Below are positions 1 to 9,130 of a DNA stretch of 64,000 bases, piece after piece. Both the position numbers and the translations under genes were made by a program. The notes under the pieces are model-generated. The model was not told the origin of the DNA and searched no databases. It was given only the letters and a program-made list of their open reading frames with translations. The stretch lies in the IMG/VR virus record IMGVR_UViG_3300027733_000040, positions 1 to 64,000 of that record, one strand, 5' to 3'. Every line of letters starts with the position of its first letter. The stretch's first letter is position 1. The stretch comes from a virus.

Positions 1-649
1 CGTGGATAATGCCACACTCGGTCTCAGCGCCTTCCTTTAAAAATTTACCTCTGCAGACTGATATGCCATTTTCTGGTAAATCATCAGCGTGCTCTGGTAA
101 TTGTGTGGTCGTTCTTTCAGCATCAAATCTAGACATTATTCCGAGAGCCACAGAGACATCAATTATCGCGGATTTGAATTTATAAGTTTGCCATGTACCA
201 ACACTGCACACAGAACCATAACTATCCTCTGATTTTTGGCCGTATTTTGAAATAACGTATTCTTTTAGATGATCTCTGGCCCCTGGCAAGCAATCTATGT
301 CGATATCCGGCATGTCGGAATCTCTGTAGATTCCTGTCGGCATTTTACCGTTGTTTTTGTCTTTGTATTTAAGAACATCATTAGCTGATATGCTTGTCAT
401 TATATCACTATGGTCTGTAGAAATCGGGTCTACAGCCACAAGATTTAAAAGATATGGTAGCAATAAACGATTCGGATTTTTTTCAAAAGATGTACCGTCG
501 GTCACTAATTCTAGCCAGTAACGTTCTGCTCCTTGCTTTTCAATCTCATAAATTTCGAATTTTAGCCTGTCTTTATATATTTGTGGTTTGTCTGAAACGA
601 TTTCACTAGCCTTTTCGACAATTTCTTCCCAAGATTTAATGTTTTGCAT
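1..649 (-). CDS. dnaE: DNA polymerase III alpha subunit, catalytic (C-terminal) part; truncated by the left window edge
   Basis: Not in the ORF track; translated by hand from ATG at 649: MQNIKSWEEIVEKASE...YKDRLKFEIYEIEKQG...LLLPYLLNLVAVDPI...DSDMPDIDIDCLPGARDHLKEYVISKYG...VCSVGTWQTYKFKSAIIDV. PDIDID (about 290-312) is the family-C catalytic aspartate motif. The frame stays open to the edge. Confidence 0.9.
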   Translation of the reverse strand, partial: MQNIKSWEEIVEKASEIVSDKPQIYKDRLKFEIYEIEKQGAERYWLELVTDGTSFEKNPNRLLLPYLLNLVAVDPISTDHSDIMTSISANDVLKYKDKNNGKMPTGIYRDSDMPDIDIDCLPGARDHLKEYVISKYGQKSEDSYGSVCSVGTWQTYKFKSAIIDVSVALGIMSRFDAERTTTQLPEHADDLPENGISVCRGKFLKEGAETECGIIH

Positions 650-980
650 TTAAATGGTTCGTAAGCCCAGAAGTAGAGGTAAAGCTTTTACCGCATTTTT
701 TGCAGCTAAGCTTCTTTATATCATTTTCAATACATTTTGACTCTTCAGCTGACGGAACAGAATCAAAATCGACGACGAAAGGTCTTTTAACGGTTATTTT
801 TTTGGTTTTTTCGTCTTGGTGCGTTATGGCATAGTATAAATACTGCCCCTTAGAACGTATATCTTTTATCGTTTTAAGTCTTTCTTCGTTAGACTTTAGT
901 CTTACTATATTGATAATATTTTCAGTATGCGCTTCCATAATGATGAAAGCATATTTATCGTACTCACCTTTATGGTCCAT
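636..980 (-). CDS. Small protein with a C-terminal C2H2 zinc finger
   Basis: Ends CKKCGKSFTSTSGLTNHLNAKH (C-x2-C-x3-F-x5-L-x2-H-x4-H); GAGG upstream. Confidence 0.75.
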   Translation of the reverse strand: MDHKGEYDKYAFIIMEAHTENIINIVRLKSNEERLKTIKDIRSKGQYLYYAITHQDEKTKKITVKRPFVVDFDSVPSAEESKCIENDIKKLSCKKCGKSFTSTSGLTNHLNAKH

Positions 981-1042
981 AACTTCCTCTTAATATATAT
1001 AGAAGATCTCAACTATACTGCCAACTGCTAGTAGTTAAGCAT

Positions 1043-1477
1043 TTAATCGATTAAAACTGTGCCGGTATCGTGATACTCTGATTTTGACATTAAATATTTC
1101 TTGATTTTAGTAACATAATCATTGTCTAAAGCTAGCATGTTTGCATCAAAAAGCACACTGTTATGGCGTTGACATATTTTGATAATACGTTTCTTTAAAT
1201 CATCATAATATAATTGCTTATCGTTTGACACGCCATATAAATCGTTTGACTCAAACCCCAACATACTTATTCTGATTGTCTGATTAACATCTTTAATCGC
1301 AGATAAACCTACTAGAATAGCTTGATACTTATATATAGTATCATCAGTCATTTTTAATTTAAATGCGATATCACGCCGTTGTGTCTTCTTTTTTTTGCCA
1401 TTCTTCTTAATTAATGTAACGACAATCTTGGAATTTATTTTAGAATTATCTAATCTGTTTATTTGCATTTCTAACAT
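1043..1477 (-). CDS. Hypothetical protein, possibly a degenerate RNase H-like fold
   Basis: 144-aa ORF; the helix YQAILVGLSAIK followed by a strand resembles RNase H helix A, but no catalytic acidic residues are evident. Confidence 0.45.
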   Translation of the reverse strand: MLEMQINRLDNSKINSKIVVTLIKKNGKKKKTQRRDIAFKLKMTDDTIYKYQAILVGLSAIKDVNQTIRISMLGFESNDLYGVSNDKQLYYDDLKKRIIKICQRHNSVLFDANMLALDNDYVTKIKKYLMSKSEYHDTGTVLID

Positions 1478-1902
1478 ATCTGGTTCCCATTTACATCTTT
1501 TATTTTAATTTCTTCAGAGAGACCACAGAAATTAAATAATGTCATCGCTTTAGCGACCTCAACTATAGCTTTGTCATATTTATCTTCTAGCTTAGTTACA
1601 CCCACTGACTTAACATCTATCGTATGAGAATTAAGAGAATTTCTGGTATTAAGCATTGCTGATCCTAGTACTTTAGCTGAATCGGTGGCCTCTTTTTCTA
1701 GACGATCGATGGTCTCGACAATACTGGAAATGATATTGTTTATAATGTTTATTAGCAAATCGAAAGATTCTTTTTCTATCCTGACTTTATCGTCATCTAC
1801 AAGAATATCGATGAATTTTAGTGAAAAGCAACATAATGTTTCTGTTGGTTTTTGCATAACTTTTAAATGTGTTTTTAAAGCGTGTAATAAATACTTCTGC
1901 AA
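1471..1902 (-). CDS. Hypothetical helical protein
   Basis: TTG start preceded by AAGGAG; tightly packed in the operon. Confidence 0.6.
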   Translation of the reverse strand: MQKYLLHALKTHLKVMQKPTETLCCFSLKFIDILVDDDKVRIEKESFDLLINIINNIISSIVETIDRLEKEATDSAKVLGSAMLNTRNSLNSHTIDVKSVGVTKLEDKYDKAIVEVAKAMTLFNFCGLSEEIKIKDVNGNQIC

Positions 1903-1903
1903 A

Positions 1904-3304
1904 CTAATCTCCTTTTGTCATCTTGACATTAAGCATATAGCCACCGCGGCTCGGTGCCAAAAACCTATCAAACGAAAGACCCCAAGAAAGCGGGTCAACA
2001 GATGTAATATTTAATAGGTAGCATATCAAAGAACCACCAGCGCTGCCTCTAGCTGTGAAAGGCCAGCCTTGTTCTTTGCCATATTCGATAATATTCTTAG
2101 TAATCAGGAAGTAACTAGCAAAACCTTTCTCTATGAAGCGATTTAATTCGATCTTGGCTTGGTCTAAGTACGTGACTTCTCGTCCATCGATCAAATATTT
2201 AAGTTCGTTTTTATGAAGTCCTAGTGATATAAGCTTGGATGCGACCAAACGCCGTAATTCATTATCAGCGTCTACAATGGTCGGTATTTTTGGGTCCGTA
2301 TCGAATTCGATATTTTCGCATTTATCAGCTATTTCAAGAGTATGGTCACACATTAATTCGAATTCTCTAGCAGTATATCCTTTTGAATATTCAGTGCCAT
2401 TATATCTACTCCACAGTTCGCTTCGCTGTTTGAAGTATTGTTCGTCACTGTTTGTGTGGAATAGATCAGGAGAGTCAACAGTTACGTCTTGAGCTATCGC
2501 CATCATGATCTTCTGGATTTGAAAATCTTTTCTTTCCATGTAATGTGAATCGTTTGCCAACACAGTCTTAATTTTGAAATGCTCGGCTAACATGATCGAT
2601 GTCTGAAATACAAACATATCGCCTTCTACTCCAGGCATTTGTAATTCTATGTAATAGTCTTCTCCGAACGCTTCCTTAAATTTTTTAATGTTGGCGATAG
2701 CGTTCTCTAGTCTTTCTTTACGGCTAATTTCCCTAATAACATCGCCGGCTTTATTAACTATCGATTTAGTACGCAACTCATGACTCACAGGGCCATTAAG
2801 GCAACCAGACAGAATGATGAGTCCTTCGCGATATTCGCACAGCTTTTCGAACCATATGCGATTATACTGTTTGATAGATACGCCAAAAAGGCCTGTCTCA
2901 TATGCTTGAGTGGTTAACTTTAAGAGATTTTCGAATCCGGTCTTGTTTTTACAAATTACTGTGAGATGTCTATTTCTGATAATTCTTCCTGCTAGCTCTG
3001 GATTCTCTTTTCTCCATTCTTGTGATCTAACATTAATTCCGCTTGCTAAAAGCTCTTGCCTTTTTAGTTCGAAATCATTGTAGTATATCTCACACCCGGG
3101 AATGTATTTAATACCATATTGTTTAAAAGCAGCGTAGGCTTCAGGAACACTAGCCATATGACCGTGTTCGGTAATAGCCATCGCTTGATACTTCCTTTTA
3201 TAACAAGCTTCGGCATATTGGGCCGGAGAGGCCACACCATCGAGCATACTGTAAAGTGTGTGTGAGTGAAGATGAACAAAATCGGATGAGCCCTGATATT
3301 CCAT
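1904..3304 (-). CDS. dnaE: DNA polymerase III alpha subunit, N-terminal part (PHP domain plus start of palm)
   Basis: FVHLHSHTLYSMLDG, AITEHG, GCEIY, RHLT, LSGCLNG and NDSHY (PHP metal ligands); RGSAGGSLICYLLNITSVDP and LSFDRFL; stops before PDID. Confidence 0.92.
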   Translation of the reverse strand: MEYQGSSDFVHLHSHTLYSMLDGVASPAQYAEACYKRKYQAMAITEHGHMASVPEAYAAFKQYGIKYIPGCEIYYNDFELKRQELLASGINVRSQEWRKENPELAGRIIRNRHLTVICKNKTGFENLLKLTTQAYETGLFGVSIKQYNRIWFEKLCEYREGLIILSGCLNGPVSHELRTKSIVNKAGDVIREISRKERLENAIANIKKFKEAFGEDYYIELQMPGVEGDMFVFQTSIMLAEHFKIKTVLANDSHYMERKDFQIQKIMMAIAQDVTVDSPDLFHTNSDEQYFKQRSELWSRYNGTEYSKGYTAREFELMCDHTLEIADKCENIEFDTDPKIPTIVDADNELRRLVASKLISLGLHKNELKYLIDGREVTYLDQAKIELNRFIEKGFASYFLITKNIIEYGKEQGWPFTARGSAGGSLICYLLNITSVDPLSWGLSFDRFLAPSRGGYMLNVKMTKGD

Positions 3305-3317
3305 ATTATCTCCTATA

Positions 3318-3998
3318 CTATGAAGATAATACGGTTTCTAATCCATTTCTCTTACCTTTTGGAGCTTTGATCTTCTCGAAAGATGCCATGATATTTGGAT
3401 ATCTTATGTTAGAAGTGTAGACTTCTTGTGTATTCAGAAACATGGTGGCGAGATTTATGAGGTCGTCAGGCGTTGCCATCTTTATATCCACATGCTGCTC
3501 TTTTAACCGACCAAGAAAGCTATCAATAACTCTAGTTTCATTAGGGTTCAATATAGCGATCCGATCTCTAAGTCTTCTTAGAAAAAGTTCTAGACCTAAT
3601 TCACCATTTTTTTGGCGATGTACTTCGAAATTATCTCTAAGATTTGGCAAAACTACTCTGTCGATTGTTTCTAAATCGAGTAATTCAACATCATATACTT
3701 TTAATAGTCCGCCAATATGATCGTTTTTAAATAGATGAGCGACGAATTCTGATAAAAGAGTGGTAAGGTCCTTTATTACTATCGATTCTCGTCCTTGTAG
3801 GAAGAAATTTACAAAAAGTTTCAAATTAAAAATGCCATGAGCCCATAAGGTGTTCTTAAACAACCAATCATCGATATTTTGAATAGCAAGCCGAGCTCCG
3901 GTTTGGTCATGTACTGTAAAATTATCCATGTCAATGATATATATAGTCTCTTTTAATAGAATCGCTACCAGACTACCATCGACATGGATTATATTCAT
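3318..3998 (-). CDS. Hypothetical protein
   Basis: Likely ATG at 3998 overlapping the upstream TAA (TAATG coupling); no recognisable motif. Confidence 0.6.
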   Translation of the reverse strand: MNIIHVDGSLVAILLKETIYIIDMDNFTVHDQTGARLAIQNIDDWLFKNTLWAHGIFNLKLFVNFFLQGRESIVIKDLTTLLSEFVAHLFKNDHIGGLLKVYDVELLDLETIDRVVLPNLRDNFEVHRQKNGELGLELFLRRLRDRIAILNPNETRVIDSFLGRLKEQHVDIKMATPDDLINLATMFLNTQEVYTSNIRYPNIMASFEKIKAPKGKRNGLETVLSS

Positions 3999-5527
3999 TA
4001 TTCGAACATCTCTGCTGCTGTCAAGCACCCAGCCGCAACTGTAAAGAGCGGTTTGTCTGCCACAGATACTTTATTTAAAACGAAAGGTAATTCATTATTA
4101 TTAAATATCAAAGCCACGCGCTCAGCAAAACCCTTCGGGCTGCTAGTACCGCCAGCCATGTAAACATTAATGCCATTTTCGATTCTTGCCTGAGCCTCAT
4201 TTTCCTTAAAACCGGCAACGATACCAGACACGACTTGATTTATAAGCACATCGTAGTGCAGCGATATGTCTAATTGAAGTCTATCTGCATATTGTATACC
4301 TGGGGTAAGATCTATATCCATTTTAACCTTAGATACTGTTGTGGGGGTTTCTTTACTACTCTTCTTCATGCTCTTCATGGCATGTGCATCATATCCATGC
4401 CTAATCGCTACATTCTCGTCTATCCAGTCTCCTGCCCCAACCCAGCAAAAGCTATAAACTTCTAAACCATACTTAACATATGTCACGGTAACTGTGCCGG
4501 CCCCCCAACTGATGCCGATACCAGAGCCATCTGGACTCTGATTAAGAACTATAGCATGACTCTCTTTTATTTTTTGAAGCTTTATGGCGCTCTGAGAATT
4601 ATAGCTTTTAAGTATAATATCGATAACTCTTTCATGATATTCGATATTATTTGTTTTATTTAAAGCAGGAGCTGTTGTGCAATAACACAATGTTAGATTG
4701 TTATCGAACTTACCAACATCTCTCTCTGCTGTTTCTAAAATACCATGTATTATACTACTTAACACAGTCATCGACATTTCGTCGGGGGTGATGCCGCCTT
4801 CAGCCATCGGTCTTTTCATTGTGTCATTTTTAGAATAAGCAAGTTCTTCGGCGTCTCGTCCTAGTACGATCAGCTGATTCGATTCTTCATGTTTAAAATA
4901 ATGTGCTGGTCTGCTGGTGCCATCGGATCGGACTTTTGTCGGATCTTTAAGCATGTTTTCTATAAATGCTGTAGCTCTTTCAAAAGGCCAAAACCCATTA
5001 ATCTCGGAAATATAATTTATATCGCCGTTCTTGTTTTTAAACGAAGCAACGATAGTTTTTGTACCAATATCAAGCCCAAGATGCGGCATAGTAGGTTTCC
5101 TTTCGAGAGAAATTAAATCGCCCATTCTATATACTTCACCATCTTTAGGTAAAGATTTTATCCTAGGTGGGGTCTCAAATATCCCCAACACTAAGTCTTC
5201 TTTTGTCTTAACAGCTTCGTAATATTTCTTATCATATATGGTTTTGTGATACTCAGCATATTTCTCATCTGGTATTATTTCTCCAGAATATAATTGTTTT
5301 ATTATTTCTGGTTTTTCAATCGGCTCTTCTTGTTGCGGTTTAGGTATAATCTTTTCTATTCTTTGAGGTTTTTCTTCGATTCTAATTGATGCTATAGCAG
5401 GCATGACATGAACAGGCGCTTTGATTATTAACTCTGGAACTTTTGGTTTCTGAGTAATCAATTTCGAATCATTTACAAGTTTTTTTATCGAAAAATCATG
5501 GATCATTTTGATCGGTTTTATTTCCAA
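3998..5527 (-). CDS. Actin-like ATPase (MreB/MamK/ParM superfamily) with a low-complexity N-terminal extension
   Basis: Phosphate-1 GLDIGTKTI, connect-1 ESHA, phosphate-2 GISWGAG, adenosine MAGGTS, C-terminal VAAGC. Confidence 0.85.
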   Translation of the reverse strand: MEIKPIKMIHDFSIKKLVNDSKLITQKPKVPELIIKAPVHVMPAIASIRIEEKPQRIEKIIPKPQQEEPIEKPEIIKQLYSGEIIPDEKYAEYHKTIYDKKYYEAVKTKEDLVLGIFETPPRIKSLPKDGEVYRMGDLISLERKPTMPHLGLDIGTKTIVASFKNKNGDINYISEINGFWPFERATAFIENMLKDPTKVRSDGTSRPAHYFKHEESNQLIVLGRDAEELAYSKNDTMKRPMAEGGITPDEMSMTVLSSIIHGILETAERDVGKFDNNLTLCYCTTAPALNKTNNIEYHERVIDIILKSYNSQSAIKLQKIKESHAIVLNQSPDGSGIGISWGAGTVTVTYVKYGLEVYSFCWVGAGDWIDENVAIRHGYDAHAMKSMKKSSKETPTTVSKVKMDIDLTPGIQYADRLQLDISLHYDVLINQVVSGIVAGFKENEAQARIENGINVYMAGGTSSPKGFAERVALIFNNNELPFVLNKVSVADKPLFTVAAGCLTAAEMFE

Positions 5528-5804
5528 AACCGCCAGCTGACTTAGGCGGTTTCTTTAGATTTGGCGCTATAGAGAATGGATCTAGATCGGGAACTTTTAG
5601 TGTTTCGAATTTTTTTACGGATTCTTTTTCATTAGATACTTGCTGATAACCGATAGTGTGTTGGTCGTTGTGTTTCGATGGTTCATTTTTATCTGTATTT
5701 ATAATCTTGTTTAGTAATATGGTCGATTGCACCAATAATATCATAATAAGCGACATCATAATCATTAGCATTGATACGATTATTAAAATAGTAATATCAG
5801 ACAT
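5496..5804 (-). CDS. Small single-pass membrane protein
   Basis: About 25-residue hydrophobic N-terminus followed by a hydrophilic tail; overlaps the actin-like gene. Confidence 0.65.
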   Translation of the reverse strand: MSDITILIIVSMLMIMMSLIMILLVQSTILLNKIINTDKNEPSKHNDQHTIGYQQVSNEKESVKKFETLKVPDLDPFSIAPNLKKPPKSAGGFGNKTDQNDP

Positions 5805-7179
5805 AATGATTCCTCATCAATGCTACACCGAGCGATTCTGCTAACTCGCCAAGATTCCCTAATAAATTTAATGAATTCACATAGTCTTCACGATGGTATT
5901 CATTTTCCGCAATATAATACCCATTATTGTAATAGCTGCTGGTGATATGGCTTTTACCCTTCGACCATTTGAAGTCCGCCCCTAATATTTGGATCCTCTT
6001 GGGTTTAGCTGATATTAACATATGAGTCAAACAGATAAGAGGGTTATTGTCAAGAAAATAAAGACCTGTGGTCATTATGCTGTTTTTATCTGTAGTAGTG
6101 TCGATAGCGGCTACCTTATTCGTAACATCTCTTAATAAAACGAATTTATTTTGCATTTTATCATATATATAATCAGGTGCTATCAAAGACTGCTTATTAT
6201 ATGTGCTCAGGAGATCTGATAATATGTGTAACTCCTGAGTATAAACGAAGTCACATTTAAAAATCCTGCCAGCGAAATCGATGCCTATAACATAATCATA
6301 GTGAAAAATATTTATTGGCGCTATATCTTCTAGAGAGACGCCCGGATACAAAACCACGACGTTTTTGTCGCGGAATTTTCTTTTTAAGTCTCTGTTTATT
6401 ATAAAATTAGGAAAAAAACGAGCATAATAATCATCCAAAAGCATATAGTTTCCTACAATGCGTTTTCTCTCTGCCATTGGCTGCGATAAAATATCACCAG
6501 CCATGTCAAAGCCATATTGTGATTTTAAGTATTTTACATTTTCTTCGTTTTTAGAAAATGCCTTAGAATCTGTTTTTATAGGTAAAGCATCATAAAAATA
6601 AATCTTGCTTCCTCTTCTAACTAGATCTATCGATAATGCTATAGCAGTTTCTGCCCCTAATACTAGAGGAATGTCGAAGCCTTCAGCACGTCTAAAAATA
6701 TTTATATCAAAAATAAAAGCTGATGGGTTTAAGATGGTTAAGTCGGAAGTGCTATCTTTCTCTCTGATTATCTTAAAGTCGGGATCAAAGGTTAATCTTC
6801 CAGTTTTAGTGTTGTCGATATCACAGTTTAGGTCTATATCAATTATAGTAGAGTCGATAGAAACTATGTCTGATTTATTAGTAGCGATAAAATTTAATAT
6901 GCTTTCATAAAACCCTGGTAAAAAATATGCTGAACCGTTTATGAAGAGCACAAAATTCGATGCTCGGCTATTTATGATATGATTTAATGATGCAGCATTG
7001 GTCGCTGCATTTTCTCTTAGTTCCATAAACTGTATACCATCTAAAACCATATTAGGTTTATGGTCAGTTTTATGGATTACAATTATTTCTTGGCGTTGTT
7101 CTTGGCCGAACACTGATAGTATGTTAAAGATGCTTGTATAGTCTATTTTACCATCGAAATATTGAATTATGGTTAGCAC
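5797..7179 (-). CDS. GT2-like glycosyltransferase domain fused to a Maf/MptE(DUF115)-like domain, divergent
   Basis: GT-A-like N-half (IFRRAEGFD); C-half KNVVVLYPGVSL...IQILGAD resembles the GxGPSL...LxGxD pattern of Maf/DUF115 domains. Confidence 0.5.
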   Translation of the reverse strand: MLTIIQYFDGKIDYTSIFNILSVFGQEQRQEIIVIHKTDHKPNMVLDGIQFMELRENAATNAASLNHIINSRASNFVLFINGSAYFLPGFYESILNFIATNKSDIVSIDSTIIDIDLNCDIDNTKTGRLTFDPDFKIIREKDSTSDLTILNPSAFIFDINIFRRAEGFDIPLVLGAETAIALSIDLVRRGSKIYFYDALPIKTDSKAFSKNEENVKYLKSQYGFDMAGDILSQPMAERKRIVGNYMLLDDYYARFFPNFIINRDLKRKFRDKNVVVLYPGVSLEDIAPINIFHYDYVIGIDFAGRIFKCDFVYTQELHILSDLLSTYNKQSLIAPDYIYDKMQNKFVLLRDVTNKVAAIDTTTDKNSIMTTGLYFLDNNPLICLTHMLISAKPKRIQILGADFKWSKGKSHITSSYYNNGYYIAENEYHREDYVNSLNLLGNLGELAESLGVALMRNHYV

Positions 7180-7187
7180 TGTTCAAC

Positions 7188-9116
7188 CTAGTAGTAAGCT
7201 ACTTTAAATGTTATAGTCGGTATGGCGAAAGCGCCTGTGAAATCCGAACTATTTACCCCATTAGGATTATATCTTGACCACAATCTCCAATCAAAAACGA
7301 CACCGATGCGATATTCGCCATATATTCTTGGTATTTCTACTGTGCTTATTTGAGCTGGGTCGGTGTTGCATGATTTATTTCTAGATCTAATATATTGTAA
7401 GCATTCTGTATTACCATCCCAAGAGGGTAAAACATTATTAGATGAATCAGCCCCAAAATCTCTACATTGTATTCCGCTTTGAGTAAAATAAATCGTATCG
7501 GCATTCTTAAGAGGCTGGACTTTACAATATGTACTGGTGTTTAAGACAAGCGCCCAGTTATAAAAGGGATAAGTAATGTAGGCTCCGGCTATATGACCGA
7601 AATAATTCCACGAAGCCTTAATAGATGCGGATACTGACAACACCTTTATAATATTCTTATTATGGCCAATAACGGCCTTTATATCTTCTTCATTTAAACT
7701 GACGGTTGTCCAGAATTCAGCGTATTGAGAATTGCTTATATATTGGTTAGCTGTCCATTGCGCAGAAGATATAGAAGTCGAATTATTACCTAATGTATAT
7801 GCGCTATTAGACAAAGGCCCAGTGAGCGTTGGCGCCAAAGCGTAGCTTATACCTCGACTGGTGTAGTCGCTTATTTTTTCGACAATCGCTTCAGGAGTAT
7901 AATCATAAACGTCATATTGAAAATTAGCAGCTCTAGCTTTTTTCGTTTCTACTATTGATTTAATTTCTGCTTCTGTTTTAGCCTCGCTTATATTAGACAT
8001 AGCGCAGCCTTTTGGAATATCCGATAACACATATCCAGCTTTAACTTTACATGTCTGGTTTTCTTCGATTTTATCGAATGAGAATATATAGTCGAGATAA
8101 CTATTCGAACCGCTTATGGATAGTTCATAAAATGATTGGCAAATTAGAATCCTTCCGTCTGGGCTGACAGTAGCTTTAAAAGGAATAGTGCCATCCGCTG
8201 TAGAACAGGCCTGCTTATAGTTAAAAAATCCATTGCAAGGAGAAATCTCACTTAAAGCTATATTTATGGTGTAGGCTATTTCTTCAGATGTGTATTTTTT
8301 GTTGGTAAATTTAACAGCAAGAATACCAGAGTAGACAGGTATAACTAAGCCATCTGGCGCATCACTGTTATAGATGATAGTGCTTCTATTATACATCTTT
8401 ATGAAGATGATAGGGTTTGTCTGACCTCCTAAGTCCCATACCCCCCTTTGGTGGATTGTATTTGGAGTATAACCATCACAACACGTGATGTAACCTAAAG
8501 TGTTTAATGTCTGAGACCTTGAAGCATTATTTGGGAAAATACTCGGGCACATCGCATTACCCAAGATCGAAGTTGAAAAGCCAAACCCAGAATTACAAAT
8601 GTTCTGGTTTCCGAAATCGGTATTGCCAACTCTAGCCAGCGGAAAGATAGAAGCTGACGTGATGGCATTCGAAGACAAATTAGATCGCTGAGCATCAAAT
8701 TGCCTTGTATCACCGCCAACTACTAAAAAGTCTACTGCAGCTTCTTCGTCTGGATTCGACGTGCATCTATCGGCAGTTAATACGAGTCTTTGATCAGAAC
8801 CCACTGAAGCCCTAACAAATACTAATTGTGAATTTATAAATTCCGCGATTTGTGAAACGGTTGTCACTTTACCTGCTAAGAATGAGAAATTAAGCTCTTG
8901 CCATCGGCCATTTGCGACGTCCCCGAGCAATGGGCCATTGCTCCTAGTTTGCAATTTTACCGACATTTTAAAATATGGTAAAGAAAAACCAGCGGAGTAA
9001 TTGCTGAAATCGAAAACACCGGCTTTTGACGTAATGAGAGGATAATCATTTCCAGCATAAGATGAGGTCTGATATCCAAGTATCGAGGCATAGTATTTGT
9101 GTGGTCCATACTTCAT
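7188..9116 (-). CDS. Probable virion structural protein
   Basis: 642 aa, beta-rich with high S/T/N/G content; directly downstream of two giant modular proteins. Confidence 0.45.
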   Translation of the reverse strand: MKYGPHKYYASILGYQTSSYAGNDYPLITSKAGVFDFSNYSAGFSLPYFKMSVKLQTRSNGPLLGDVANGRWQELNFSFLAGKVTTVSQIAEFINSQLVFVRASVGSDQRLVLTADRCTSNPDEEAAVDFLVVGGDTRQFDAQRSNLSSNAITSASIFPLARVGNTDFGNQNICNSGFGFSTSILGNAMCPSIFPNNASRSQTLNTLGYITCCDGYTPNTIHQRGVWDLGGQTNPIIFIKMYNRSTIIYNSDAPDGLVIPVYSGILAVKFTNKKYTSEEIAYTINIALSEISPCNGFFNYKQACSTADGTIPFKATVSPDGRILICQSFYELSISGSNSYLDYIFSFDKIEENQTCKVKAGYVLSDIPKGCAMSNISEAKTEAEIKSIVETKKARAANFQYDVYDYTPEAIVEKISDYTSRGISYALAPTLTGPLSNSAYTLGNNSTSISSAQWTANQYISNSQYAEFWTTVSLNEEDIKAVIGHNKNIIKVLSVSASIKASWNYFGHIAGAYITYPFYNWALVLNTSTYCKVQPLKNADTIYFTQSGIQCRDFGADSSNNVLPSWDGNTECLQYIRSRNKSCNTDPAQISTVEIPRIYGEYRIGVVFDWRLWSRYNPNGVNSSDFTGAFAIPTITFKVAYY

Positions 9117-9130
9117 AAATTTAAGCTCTT

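Noticed and set aside
650-1903. Intein or group I intron interrupting dnaE
   Set aside because: No intein terminal motifs, no intron core and no homing-endonuclease motif; the gap is filled by three ordinary ORFs.
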